Source: Tubulanus polymorphus
Taxonomy: Eukaryota > Animalia > Nemertea
Assembly (NCBI RefSeq): GCF_964204645.1
Contig: NC_134026.1
Coordinates: 18,386,150-18,450,149 of the forward strand
Length of the DNA stretch: 64,000 nucleotides
Reading direction: 5' to 3'
Part shown: in pieces, positions 1 to 14,045 of the stretch
Layout: each line of letters begins with the position of its first letter
How positions within the stretch are numbered: position 1 is the stretch's first letter
The notes under the pieces: generated by a model
The model's database searches: none
What the model saw: only the letters and a program-made list of their open reading frames with translations
Told to the model about the DNA's origin: nothing
Made by a program: the position numbers and the translations under genes

Positions 1-171
1 ATTCGCGAACTACTCATTCTTTGTGTTTTGTTTGTCTTAGTTACGAGAGTAGCCTTTAACAAGAAAAAGTCACGCTATTATTAATTGGCATATTATCATT
101 ACTAAACCCCGTTCACACGGCCTGTCAAACCGATTGCCGAAGTGCATAGAGTGTGACATCACCAGTGCTCG

Positions 172-179
172 TGACGTCA
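172..179. promoter_or_regulatory. Perfect CRE palindrome TGACGTCA in the CpG-rich UGCG promoter/5' region
   Basis: TGACGTCA ends 67 bp upstream of the UGCG ATG; a TGACATCA variant is at 154; region 1-400 is CpG-rich relative to the following intron. Confidence 0.4.
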
Positions 180-245
180 TCAATCGTCGAGTTTTACTTC
201 CGCATTGGCCGCTGGGAACGCTGGGAGATTTTGTTGGGGCAAGAA

Positions 246-343
246 ATGGCACCGGTCGATGTGGCGTTACACTGTTTAGCGATAATATCTTTACTTTTTT
301 GGATATCCTTGTTTTTGATTCATATCGTCGCGATCACGTACGG
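246..343 (+). CDS. UGCG: UGCG exon 1 ([33 protein letters not shown])
   Basis: ATG at 246; hydrophobic signal-anchor; donor GG|GTAGGT, phase 2. Confidence 0.93.
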
Positions 344-3300
344 GTAGGTGAAACTTTCCTTTAGCTGGAGGTGTCCTTTTTCGGCACGTATCCAGCGCGA
401 GACATGAGTAATATTCACCCTGAAAATGAAATGTCTCATTGTCTGTCTGTCAGTATTTCAATTTTCCTCGCTCAGATCAGAACAATATATATGTAGTGAT
501 AGTAATCAATTAAGTAATAATATTAGTAATTGATAATGATGATATATAATGATAGTAATGTATATAATAGTAATTAATGATGATTAGGGAACTAAACCTA
601 ACCCTAATCCTAACCACTAGTCCCCCCTGCTATTCTTGAATCTTACCGGTGAAGTATTCAAAAATATCTCTTTTTATGGTTCGATTTATGTTAAGGCCAA
701 CAAGGGTCAGTAGGTACCGGTTCCACTCTAAAATGAGTCCAGGCCTACTTCTTCAGTTCATCCATGCCGTACACAGATCTCTTACCAGCAGGTGGTGGAA
801 ATGGAAGAAGATGGCCAGGGCACTGACTACTGTATTAAGTGCAGGGGTTTGTCATATAAAACTGGCGGTCTAAAATCTAATATCTGCAACAGTATCCTAT
901 TCCTAGCCTAAGTACTAGGCCTATAATAAATAATGGTAGAACAACAGGAAAGGCCTATTTAGTAGTCAGCAGGCCTACAACTAATCAGTTACACCCTGGG
1001 TATCCAAATCAAGGCATTGCATATCAGGAGCAGTAAGTTGCTTGGTAGACTGGATATTCCGAGTCCACTTTGTCTAGAGTTAAGTCTAGGCCTATATTAC
1101 TGCGACACGAAAATGGGCTGCAGGCTTCACTCGATATGTCTGAGCATGTTGTACTTCGCTCAATATGTCTGATCCCTATCCTTGAATTTGAATGGAGAGT
1201 GTTATGTATGTTCATATGTTCTACCTATGGACCATGCATGATCTTATTGCGGTTGTACGCTTCTATAATATTGAAAAGGGTTTTGTTTCCCACCTGAAAT
1301 CTTGTTTGGACTAATAGCCTGCCTACTGGCAAAGTGCTCGGCCTTAGGCAGTAGAAAAGGCCAAAATTCGTTAGTTCTGTTATCATGAATTTTCAGTTAG
1401 CCTACTTAGGGGGCCTAGTTTTATGTGTCCATAAAACCACTGGCTACTACTGGTTATTGGCACAACAATAATAATCAGGCCTATTTTTAGATAATGGGAC
1501 AAAATGGTTAGCAACATTTCCCCTGCCTACACATGGTTAGATTAAATAGCCTTAATTAACAATTATATAGGCTTGCCTAATTGGCCTCTATTTACTACCC
1601 TACAACCTGTTACTAGACATTACAAAAACAAACATATTTGTAGGTCGTGGAATGTGATTTAATGGTTTTGATGCCATTTCCTGGCATAAAAATCAGAGGA
1701 ATTGATGATTTGATGACCCATGCAATAACTAGGCCTACCTGTAAGCGAGTGTGGCTGTTGGCCTACAACAAGAATGGCAAAGCAGTTGTACTGGAAACAG
1801 GAAAATTAACTTGAAAATTTATTGATGCCTTGAAAAATAACACATTTAAGCCTATTGCTTAATACCTGTCAACTAGTCTAGCCCCGATATATTGCTGACG
1901 TAGTGCACAACCTCAAAAATAATTATAAAAATTTATCAAAAATTTAAGGAGATTATTATTGGACACCAACCAAGCACCAAGCTTTTTGGAGTTTGGGGAA
2001 CTCCCAAATCTAATGAAAATGATCAATTTGGGAGTTCACCAAACTCCCTGAAAATGAAGCATGATTTTTGATGCATTCCCACAACTTTACAAAGATATCA
2101 TTGTCATAAACGTCGATAGCACATGATAAGAACATAGGCTATAGGCCTACATCAAAACTAGAGCGGCTTCAGATTTTTGAAACGGGGATGACTTTCAGAG
2201 GGATTGATGGAAACATAACAGGAATTCATATCAGGAACTGGAAGCATTTTCAACTCAATCCTCAAAAAGTAGAAATTAGCGAAGCATAGGTATTCAGGGA
2301 CAGGACCCCTCTCAATACTGCTGCCTTTTGGGATTAAGCCTCTTAAGGGATTCAGATGTGCCCTTTTCAATGAATATCTAGTGCCCTTATCAGTGGAAAA
2401 AGTGCGGTCTAACACCCTCAAAACCTGGAATCGTTCCTACATTCGAATGACTATTCTTTGAAATGTTTGCTATCTCATTTGGCGCTCTAACAAAAAGACC
2501 AATAAATACACCATCAACCAGGATGTTATTAATTAATAAGACTTACCAGGTATATCTTTCGGATATACAGAAGCACCCACTGTGTTTTACATCTGTTGTG
2601 TCGATTTGCGGTAATTCTCCTCATTAGGATACCTTTTAATCTTCCATCCCTTTTTTGCGGTTTAATTACCCCATGCTGAGGTGTTCTCAACATATGCCTC
2701 CTAAAGTGTTGGTACATGAAGGTGTACTAAAAAAAAGGTTAAAATTCCTTCAAAAAATTGGTTGACTGACCCTTATATGAGATTTTGTAATAAGGTAGAT
2801 TAGGAGATTTCTGGTAGAATGAAAAGAAATATATCAAAAAAAGTTGTTTTTGAGGGGTGGTAGTAAAGAGAATACTGACCGGAATTCATTTCAGTGTAAT
2901 TTTCTTTGATTCAAATGATCTGTGTATAATGTACAGTGTATGTAAGAGGGTATACTCATAGGCTAGCTAGTAGGGGTATAGTAATTGAGGCCCTATATGA
3001 CGAAAAAATATATCTGCATAATCATTGCAATGGGGACAATGGCCCAAAACATAATTGGTTCTTGGGCTTCCGTTACGGGACCCTGAGTTTTGTTCTGTTT
3101 ACATGTGTGTCTGTCTTTTAGCAACTTACCTTCGTCAATGTCAGTTTTATGGGTGTCTTGTGCTGTGCAAAGAATGGGCCCAGTGCGCCAACGAGCAGAA
3201 CTAGGCACTCAAAACTTTTTCAGCAACATGACCTTGAAGATGACCTCATAACAGAGGAACGTTTCGAGATTCTAGTTGTCTTGACAAAATTCAGTTATCG

Positions 3301-6300
3301 GCCCTTGATGCAACATATCCATTTCGAAAATGCAATTGGAATATAAGGCATGGGAATTTCAGTGTTCGAGTCTGAGCCCGAGAACTGTTGTGGCCTGTGG
3401 CTTGTGTTATTAAATTCTTTTTGAACATTAATAGGGTGTGTTTGCGTGTAAGTGTATTGATGTATTGATTAACTTGATGTACTGTTCTTAGATTATTTCT
3501 TTTTTTTTTTTCATTTCAGAAAATGGAAACTATACAGAAAACCCAGCCAACCATCTCCAGAAGAACCCAGGCCCGGTGTCTCGATATTAAAACCTCTAAC
3601 TGGAGTGGACCCAAATTTATATACAAATTTAGAAACATTTTTCAAGATGGATTACCCTTCTGTACGTATCATTTTAATTCCATCCCCGATCTTGCCTTTA
3701 CCGCTCGGTTCGATATACATCGATCGAAAGTCTAAAATTGAATTCTTTCTCTCCTGGAATTCTAACTTCTTTCTCTTGCAATCTCATTGCGAGCGATCAT
3801 CAGAAAACATTGAAAGTTGGAAAATTAAAAAATCATTAATAGAGTACTATGAGCCATCATCAAATTTGTTAACATGCACATAATTGAAAGAAAACCACAC
3901 CCTATTGTCTATATTATCATGAACGTAGTATGATGTTATCCGACACCAGAATTGATACATGGGCTATTAAGGCTGGCTTATGTCGACAAGCAACGCGACG
4001 CCTACCGACGCAACTGGGTTTATCGCCGATTAGCGGCAAATAGCGGCCTACGAGAGGCCGCCAGTTGCTGCTCTATCGGTTCGACATAAGCCGGCTTGTG
4101 ACGGCAACCCGATGCCTACCGACTCGTCGCAAGCCGTATCCGGCTAGTTGCCCATGTTCTACTCCAGCCTACGGTAGGCGGACAGTTGCTTTCGATTGCA
4201 GCCGACATAAGCTCATCTGCGACGCAACGGAACTGAGCTCATGAGTTCCAGCCAATAGGACTCCGCATATACATAGTACAAATTATCACAGCTAGTTAGC
4301 GTCATACGTAATTAGTCATAAACTTTCAAATTCAAGTAGTTCAAAACATAAACCGAACCTTCAGCACGGCAGAGGACTGAACCGAAGATCTAGAAACGAA
4401 ATTGGTAGAATTATGGTGTGAGCGGCCATCTTTATATAATGTCGCTAGCACGTTGTATTCAAAACAGAATCAGAAAGATCACTGTCTTAAAGAAATAGCT
4501 TTTCTAATAACAATATATTTCCCAATAATTCAAAATAATTCAAATTTATTCTCAAAATGCTTATCACGTGACCATTCGAGCCATTGCAGTTGCTAGTAAT
4601 CGTAACCGACATAAGCAGGAAAGCAACTGGGAGGATCTCGTACGGCCTCAGTTGCTGCGACATAAGCCGGGCTGCGATCGTGGTTGCCCTCAGATGCGTC
4701 GGTAGGAGTCAGTAGGCGTCGCGTTGCTTGTCGACATAAGCCATACTTTAAGTTATTAATAAGCCAGTCACACTCTATCTGTACAGATTAGCAGCCAAAA
4801 TTTCAAGATGGCCGACTCAGATACAAGATGACCGCCTAGCAGTTATTTACTTTTTGCTTAAAACATTATATTTTGAACACTTCTGAAGGAAAATATTTTG
4901 AATACGCTTTGATCAGCTATCTTGATGTTCCACATATGTATGTATCTCCCTAGGACCCGACCCATCATCACTAGAAAATTTAGATTGATCAGATACAATA
5001 GGCCTATTGCCATACTGTAATATTTCTTATGCCAAAAGTCATTTTTGCCTGAATTCTAACTCGAATTTAACCAAATCAGTTGTAGCTCATGATATTTTTC
5101 ATGGTGATAGCAAAAGTAATAGTAGCAATAGTAATTTATTTCATCATCAATAGTGAGTTTCAAGGTCATTGGTTTCTATATTTTCACTAGGGGGCATAAA
5201 ATAGAAGAATCACAATATTACTATATGTGCTTGTACCTACGTGTTGATAATTTATAACCAAAATCAATGGAATGGCAATGCATCGGACTCAACAGTGCAC
5301 GTACGAACTTGCACCTCTGGTTTGGTGCATTCTAAATTGGTTCATTTCGAGTACGGATACATTATTTCGAACAGTGTTCTAGCGGTAGTGTGAACGTGGT
5401 TTAAATAGTCGTGCAGTTATTTACCAATTTTGACTAAACTGATTGATTGCGGTTAGCATTGCAGGGGGATAAATCAAAATTCAGAACGTCCCTTTAAAAG
5501 TAATAAATGATACATCGAAATGTCTGTTAGATTTTAGGTGCTAAAAAGACGATTAGGAAAGTTTGGTGTTGTTTGGTTTGAAATAGTTTCCGCTCTGCAT
5601 CCATACGGAGGAAGCAGTCTTTCACTGATCGCCAATTTTCGATGAATATGGCTTGAAGAGTTTATCTATCCGTGCTTGTTCACGGTGGTGACATTTTGGC
5701 GATGGTGACATTTGTTATGTCAAAGCATTTCCATTTGCATTTTTTTTTAGGGAAAGATTTACTTGTGTCCTTAGCTCAATGAAGATACCTAATTTTAGCC
5801 GCTCGGTATACCTATAATTTCAATTTCAATTTATTCATCATAAATCCAAAGTATAAGATCGTGAATGAAGAAAAAAACAACAATAACAACAAAAAAACAA
5901 AAAGGATGCACAATAAAAGAAAAACAATAAAAGGATTGAGAGAAGTAATACAATATCTAATACATACAGAATATTCTTAAAGTGATATTTAGAAGCCCAT
6001 GGTATATAAATTTCGCGATATTTAAGAAGATTGGTTATTGGGGTTAGAAAAGGCCGAAAGAAAAGTGTCTAGGTTTAGATTTACAAGATCATATTTAATT
6101 TTTAAGTTATCCTGCAGTTTACAATATAAAAGAAAGTGGGATTCGTCACTGACTGCATTACAGTGAGGGCAAATACGATTTAATTGATCAATGCCAAGTC
6201 TCCTTCCTTTTTCAATTAATAAGATTATGACATGGCATTCGAAGTTTTGCTATTTCTGATTTCAAAGAGTGATCTTTAAGAATATTGAATATGGTTCTAG

Positions 6301-9300
6301 CTCAAATTTAGATTTAACAGTTCTATAAAAGTTATACCGGCTATGAATTGGATACCTATAAGTAGTCTTGAAATACACATGTAGGCTGATGGCTGCTGAA
6401 TCATGTGTTGTTGTTTCAGACAAAAAGTTATGAATTTCTAAGTAACGTCATTGTTTTTATTTCCTTCCTCGTCAAATTTACGTTTTATAGATCATTCATT
6501 TGAACTTGGTCGGTCGTGTCTTGTTGTATATCTTCCAATGCTGTTATTTAGTGAACCTCGATCAATTGTGCGTTACAATTTTTCTCAAATGCATTTAATA
6601 ATGTGTGTATAAGACTGTTTTGGTTACCTGAGTTTGTTTTGTCGAATCTAAGGCCTCCACGCACCACAATTCTATTCATTGCTGAGATTTCTCCTTGTAA
6701 GATCAATTAATATATGTACGAAACACACATAAAAGATTCCTATCCAAAGCAATAGATAGACTACACATTTTGAGTATGATACCTTCGCATTATTATTGAC
6801 CATGTACAGTACTAAGTTATAATGCATGGCTGACCAAAAGACCTAGTTATGGTGTAACGGGAACCCGTCGTTGTTGTAAATATGTTGTAAATATGTATTT
6901 GTGAAAACCCCTTCCCCAATTCTCAACTCTGTATCAGTGCACTCAGTGAAATAGTTAATAGTCCTAACAATGAGGCAGATTTCACTAGTACATGCTAGGA
7001 TTAATAAATTTGGCTTTTGCGTACAAAATATTCAGCAGTACTATTAGCCTTAGTCGAACAGAATATTGGTCGGAGTGATGGTATTTACTAATTGCTTAAT
7101 CACCGTTGACATCGCCCAGCGTGTGTTGCTGAACATTTTGCCTAAGAATCATTGGGAGTGTGGTTTTGTGAATATTTTAGAATGCATGGAATAATTTATA
7201 TCACCAAAAACTGTTCCAAAAAACATTTCATGAAATCAAAAATGTTTGATATGTAGCAACATGTTGAAATTTTATCAATGAGCTTGATTGTAATATATTG
7301 TGAGCAGTAATAATGTGATTTTACAGAATTTTGTCGCCTATGCCAGCAGTTGCGCGAAATGAGGGAAATTTTTGTTTGTATTTAAGCTTCGTTCAGACCA
7401 CCTTATTTAGAATGATCTTATAGACTAAGTCCATTCCAATTTAGAATGGACCAAGTATTCACTCTGTGAAAAGTCCATTCTGAATCAGTCGAATCCATTT
7501 TTCACCCTGTCTCCTGGACTCCAGGCAGGGCTTGTATAAAAACGAATGAAAAAAAATTTTTACCTGACCCAGCACACATACAACATTTTTGTCGACACAT
7601 GCAGTCAACTCCCCATATACTGCCTTCCCATATGCCACCACCCCCGCATAATGCCAGGTTTTCTCAATAGAACATTTGACTTGAAATCTGAAGAACAAAC
7701 CCCGATATAATGGCAATGCCCTGTCTACCACCAACGCATTTCTGTATTACATCTCAATACAAATACATAGTTAAACACTATGCAGGGGCCAGTCGCTCAA
7801 AGGTTGTACACACTGTTTCAGTGAAAAATGGCGCTTGAGTTTTAACCATGGTTTAACCTTGGAAGTGATCAGACTGATTGCGCTGGCCAAGGTTTAACTG
7901 ATAAGAGAAAAGATATATCAAATGGGCGGTAGCCTATGATAGACCATAAAACTATCAAGAGATAAATTTTCTTTGTGAAGGGGAAACCGACACAAGTCTG
8001 TATGTCACACATCTGTATATCGTAGTATGTCACATGTGCCTGGTGTAGGTCTCTGACGATGTACAGCTTCAGCTTCAGTACCAGATTGGAGGAAGCACGT
8101 TGAATTATAAAAAACGAAATAGATACTTTCATTTTGTTGTCCATAGTATTTTTAAGGAATTAATTAAGATAAAACTATAATAAAAGACAGAATGAAGTTT
8201 CACATATTTTGAGAGGTCACCCCCGATGTATCACCATAGTCTCTACTGCCGAAATCGTTCTGCACCGATGAAGGCGCAGTATGGCGGGGGTTGACTACGG
8301 AAGATCTGATCATCCAGACTTCACCCATTGAAAGTTGATCATCTGAGTGGGTTGGAACGGCTACCTAAATGGTTTTGAGAACAATGGCAAATAAAACGTA
8401 TTTCTCACTTTGAATAAGAAATTTATGTATTATTCAAATAGTTATTATGATTTCTTCATCTTAGGGAATTTAAATTTCTTACTTTTTCGTGTCATTACTG
8501 GAATACCTTGAATATGTATGTACCATATTTGACATAAAACAGGCAAATAATGCTCATCATTTTCTCCTCTCTATTTTCAGTATGAAATTTTATTTTGTAT
8601 TCAAGACGAAATGGATCCATCTATTATGGTAGTCAAAAGTCTTATGGAAAAATATCCTAAAGTAGATGCAAAAGTTTTTATAGGTAAGCCATGTTTGAAC
8701 ACTTGTAGTTTGATTAAATCATATTGTATTAGATGTGTGACTAAAATTGCAATTTGTGTATTGGCCAATTTGAGGATTTTGATTGGTACAGTTAGGAGAC
8801 AATTGTTAAGAATACCGTAGAATGATTGATTTCTGAAGTACAAGTACCAAACATATCAAACTTGTAATAGTTTCTTACAATGGATTGATGCTTTTATTGA
8901 TTATTTCAAACTAGCTTAGTTGAGTGTTCAGCTTGTGGGCTTAATGCTTTTGATGGAGAGGCAATATTTGCAGTCTTACTGTTCCAACTTTGTTTGGACA
9001 ATCCAATGGAGATTGAACTTAATGTCATTCTTACTTGACACTCGAGTTTAGTTCGTACATCCATACTTGACCATATATGGGATTACTTTCAGATATTACC
9101 AGCATTCCGAAAATGTTAATTCCAAACCTATGTTCTGGGCTATCAGTATGCCCAATTATTTACCCCTCATTAAAGTGACTTCCTTTTCCTTAACCCGAAA
9201 TAGCAAAGACTGAAGCTGGTGCATAGGTTTGGTTTAATGATACTGTTGATAGTGATTTATTGATAACTATGAATCTCAGGCTGTAATGAATGATGCTGTT

Positions 9301-12300
9301 GGTTTCGGCTAATTGGGGCTATTCGCTTTTGAATTGGCATAATACACCAATTTGGGCAACATTATTGTAAAAGCGCTTCATGGCCCCTTAGTCGGACAAC
9401 CATTTTATCATTGCTCATATGTGTCAGTCAATTCAATACAGACGACGACCCCATAGCAGACGCTGCGGTAGACTAATCTTGATCATAAACATTGGTTATC
9501 ATATGCTGTATGAAATCAATCTTCTTTTCTCATTTGGTCGAAGTTTTTTTTATAGCCGATAGATCGTCATTTTCGGGTTCATAACTGCCAGCAATGAGAA
9601 AGATTGATAATGCCGAGTCTTGTTGCTTATTATGATTTTTCCCCCGATCATTTTCAGGTGGTAAAAAGGTGGGATTGAATCCGAAAATAAATAACATGGT
9701 GCAAGGTTACGAGGCATCAAAAAACGATTTAATATTAATCTCGGATAGTGGATTGCAAAGTAAGTTAAACCCTGTCGGTAGACAGTTTTTTTATGTCAAA
9801 ACTAATGCAAAGCTCCCCTATAACAAATGCAATATTTATTAGTCCATAAAGCTGATGTTACTAAGCCTTGTGCGTGTGTATGTGATACACATGCCAAGAA
9901 TGACATAGCGAAAGTATGTCCGCACATTCTCACATACATTTGATTTACGGTAACAGATATGCTCACCGGCCAGTTACTCTGGTATTATATTAGCCAGATC
10001 ACCGACTGGTAAAATGATTATAGATGATTTTGTCACCAATTAAAAGTCCTAGTGATATCAAACTAAGAAGGCTGCTAGTGCCATAAGGTATACGCTATAG
10101 CCGCATTCACACTTCCACTAGTTTGACGATTTTGAATAGGTCCGGACCTGGAATGTGCCAAATTTATGGCTAGCCAAATCAGGGTGCGCATTCACACACG
10201 TGTTGCTGAATGGGCAACAGATAGTTTATCTCTGGGCCCGCAAGATATTGCCTTGGCCATTCTTTCCTTGGCCATTTTTTCCTACAATCGTAATTTATAT
10301 CTCAATGTTACATTTAAGAGTGCAATCTATGGTAGAACAGACCTGGATCAGTTTCTGTCCGTGCATGGATTTCATTCATTCTAAAATTTAGAACGAACAT
10401 GGATCAGTTCTTTAGGTCAGTCTAAAATGGAACGGGCCAATTAAGAATGGAATCTTTGCTAGTGTGAGCGCTTGGACAATTCTAAATAAAAGATGTGAAC
10501 GCGGCTTAAAGGCCTATAGTGCATGGTAGCCTTCAGCCTTTCCTGATGCATAAGCAGCTGTGATGTATTCATACTGAAATTTGGTTATGTGCAATGGGCA
10601 AATTTTTCTGTCTTTTCCTATGGAATGGGATAGACAAGAGAATTCATTCAGGGAATAAAATTGTTTTAAAACAGGACTCAGTTTCACTAAACAGCCTGCC
10701 TATAAGGCGATTTAAGGGTTCATAGCGGTCCTTGAATATCATGGAATAGGCCTCAAATCATTGCGACCGTCCTTGAATGGCATCGCTTCACCGCGGGATT
10801 ACGATCTGGTCACATAATCATCATCTAGATCTATGGTGTACAGTGTGTCAGATTTACGAGCAATTATCAGATAATTGCTCGTAGGTCAGATCATGATGCT
10901 ATTATTTGGTCTTAGTACACTAGTGTGATGGTTTATGAAAACAATGAACTTGAATCGAAGGCTAGAGAGTCCTTAAATTGTTGAGAGAGTCCTTAAATGA
11001 AATTGGCCATAGGCACTATGAACCATCAACCCCAGGAAAACTCATTAACAACCCGTTAATTGTTATATTGGTATTTTCAAGGCCTATAAAGGTTTGATTT
11101 TGTTTTATTTTGTTGGTTCGAGTATGATAGCACAGCGATAAAGAAAATGAATTGTGTTGTCGCTCGCATACGCACATCTACATCTGTTGCCTTTCACATG
11201 TATTAGCAAGCAGATGTTTTACTTTTTCCTATTGTAGATTTTTATTTCTAATAGAATGATGTCATTATAAAGATGTTGTTCGTCTACCTCCTCGAAGTAT
11301 GTTTTACTGACTCATCGGTGAATAAAAGTGAATGCCTTAGTGGCGTTCTTAGAACGGTGCATTTTTATTTTAGACGCACAATTTTTCATGTTCTGCGGTA
11401 TTATCACGATATATAATGAGTATGCATCATCTGAGAGTCGATGGTTTTTATTATTTCAGATTTACACTTAGCTTTTGTAAAAATAACGCTATATACTGCA
11501 TGGGTGTTTAAGGTGTTCCAGCACTACGGTGACGTCATTGGGAAATTAAGTGTCATAAATGCTATTTCTCTTCTCCAAACCGATAATTAGAAATGTTGTA
11601 TAATATTTTCTTCGGTAATTTCATTCATCAATATATGTACGTAAAATATATATGTAAATGTATATATATAATTGTCGATTTGTCATCTCTTGTCCTATAT
11701 AGTGGCTAGTACATCTCAGAGCCTTAAGGCCGTTCCAATAAAGGAAGATGTCCTGGAAGAGAAGAATACAAAATGACATATCTAACAAACTGAAGATAAA
11801 CAAAAAGAAAAAAAATGATCGGAGTTGAGGCTGGCTATTTATTTGTACTAAATAGTCAGCAGTTCGATAAAAAATGGATCATTTTCTGGACTTATCAGAC
11901 TATTCAAATGTATGCATGCACTAGAAGAGGAAATTTTTGTATAGCTTTGATGAGCATCCGGGTCAGGTTATAAATGCTAAATCTAAAACTAGTGCGATTG
12001 ATAAGCATTATTTCCATGGTAGAGATCCGGAATGCGTCGAAGAACAGAATTGCACTTTGCAGTGGGTTTTCCCATGTTTTATTGCTTTCATATAGCGCAG
12101 ATTTATACGAATCATGTCCTCTTAAAGGAAGATGTGAGTCATAGATATGTCATGTCATTTACACATGCATCATCGTGCCCGCCCAACTGCTGTCATCGGT
12201 TGATAAGAGAGAGATTGCAATGTCAAGTGAGTTGAAAGTCAACCCGGCAGTGTTTATCAGTAACCTAGACCAACAGATTGTTGTGATCATGACTGTACTA

Positions 12301-13983
12301 AGTGTTGTAATATGGATTCGCTGTTTGAGTTATTGATTGAATACTTATGAATGATTTTCTTATTAAATTATGCGTTACAATTGTATGTTCGATACCTCGA
12401 TCAAATGGTGATTCCGTGGTAGATGCTGCCATCCACATCGCATTGATGTCTCGGCTAATTCTGCTCGAGAACGAAGAAAGAAATTTGAATATTATGTTGA
12501 ACTGCATATCTAGAAATAATCGATATTCAGTGCCTTCCTAAAGCCTGGTGCAGTGTAGGACGACTAGCGACATATATAAAAGCTATGAAAGATAATTTGT
12601 CGAACAATGAGCATACAGAGATGAATTGGATAGCTGCTTAGCGCGCTCCAGTTTATACTATTCAGCTTACCTAGTCCTTACCTGATGTGCCATATTAGAA
12701 TAACATTGTTCTCCGGTAAGGGGAAAACATGTAATTCTGATTTTGATTTTTTCATTTTCTAATCTCATTTTCAGCCCACATGGGGCGTACCCGGGGCTAT
12801 TGTGATGTTCACTTTTCACTCAGTCCTTTGCGACATCTTTAGTATTACCTCGCCCAAATATCATTAACATAGATTGATGATCGAATTTATAACAATCAAA
12901 CCTATCTGGTATCATAAATGGACTTTAAATTGTCACTACGGTCACAAAATTATCCATAAATTGGAATTGAATCTACTGGCATTGGATTGCAAATTGCAAT
13001 CCAATTTAATTCTATTCAGTCAAAAAAAATTCAATATAGTTCAATATTATTCAGAAATAGCACAAATGATGGTGACTGGAGGACAAATCTGAAGTGTTAG
13101 TTCTTACTAACTGTCTGTATTCAAAGAAACAATCATAATCATACTGCGATATGGTACCGTCATGATTTAGACCTTTCGAGTGTGTGACGTGTATATTTTG
13201 TCATCTTTAGAGTTCATGAAAAAAGAAAGACATACATGATGACTTCGACTACGTTGTTCCCAGCTTGTAGGGCTCTTTTTCATTTTCAAAAATTGTCTGA
13301 GTAATTTCTCCACAAAGTCCTAATGTCCATGGACCTCTTGTATTAATTTTACCCTAAGATATTGGTGGCGAATCCTCCTCATTAGTCAGGTATACTCGTC
13401 TTAGTTCATTCCCCACACTTTTTGTGCTGTGCGAAGTTCGTACGCATTTAGCGCAGAATTTAGTTCTTGTTGAAGTTTTCAAAGAAAATTTTGAATATGC
13501 TTTCATCAAATATCTTGATTTATGTATCCCTGATGGGCCCACCATTACAAGAAGAATAGGAATCAGTAGCCATCTTAGTTTAATCAGTCCTAGTGAAATA
13601 TCTACAGGTTTAAACTAAAACTAAAAGTCTTAATATTCAATGGTTGTGAGTACTAACTGGTTTAGGACCCATTCCACATTTGACTGGGATAACCTAGTCT
13701 TACCATATTAGATAATCTATGTCTATTCATTTTGTTACCTAAAAATATTTTCGAACCACAATCCATTGCAAAATGGGTAGCTTACAACATTATTAAGGTC
13801 ATGAGGTTCTGAGGGACAGTTAATAAACAAAATCTATTGATCAAATAACGGGTGACCCCTATATCAAGAATTTCACAAATTTCTGTATTTGAATTTAGAA
13901 ATTTTAGATTCTCAAGCATTTTGTCATGTGGGCCTGGTATCACTGGAATCCTATTTTGATAAAATTAGTATTCTAAATTGGAT

Positions 13984-14045
<62 letters not shown>

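Noticed and set aside
590-615. Telomere-like CCCTAA units
   Set aside because: Only 3-4 degenerate units; not a telomere or a clear interstitial array.
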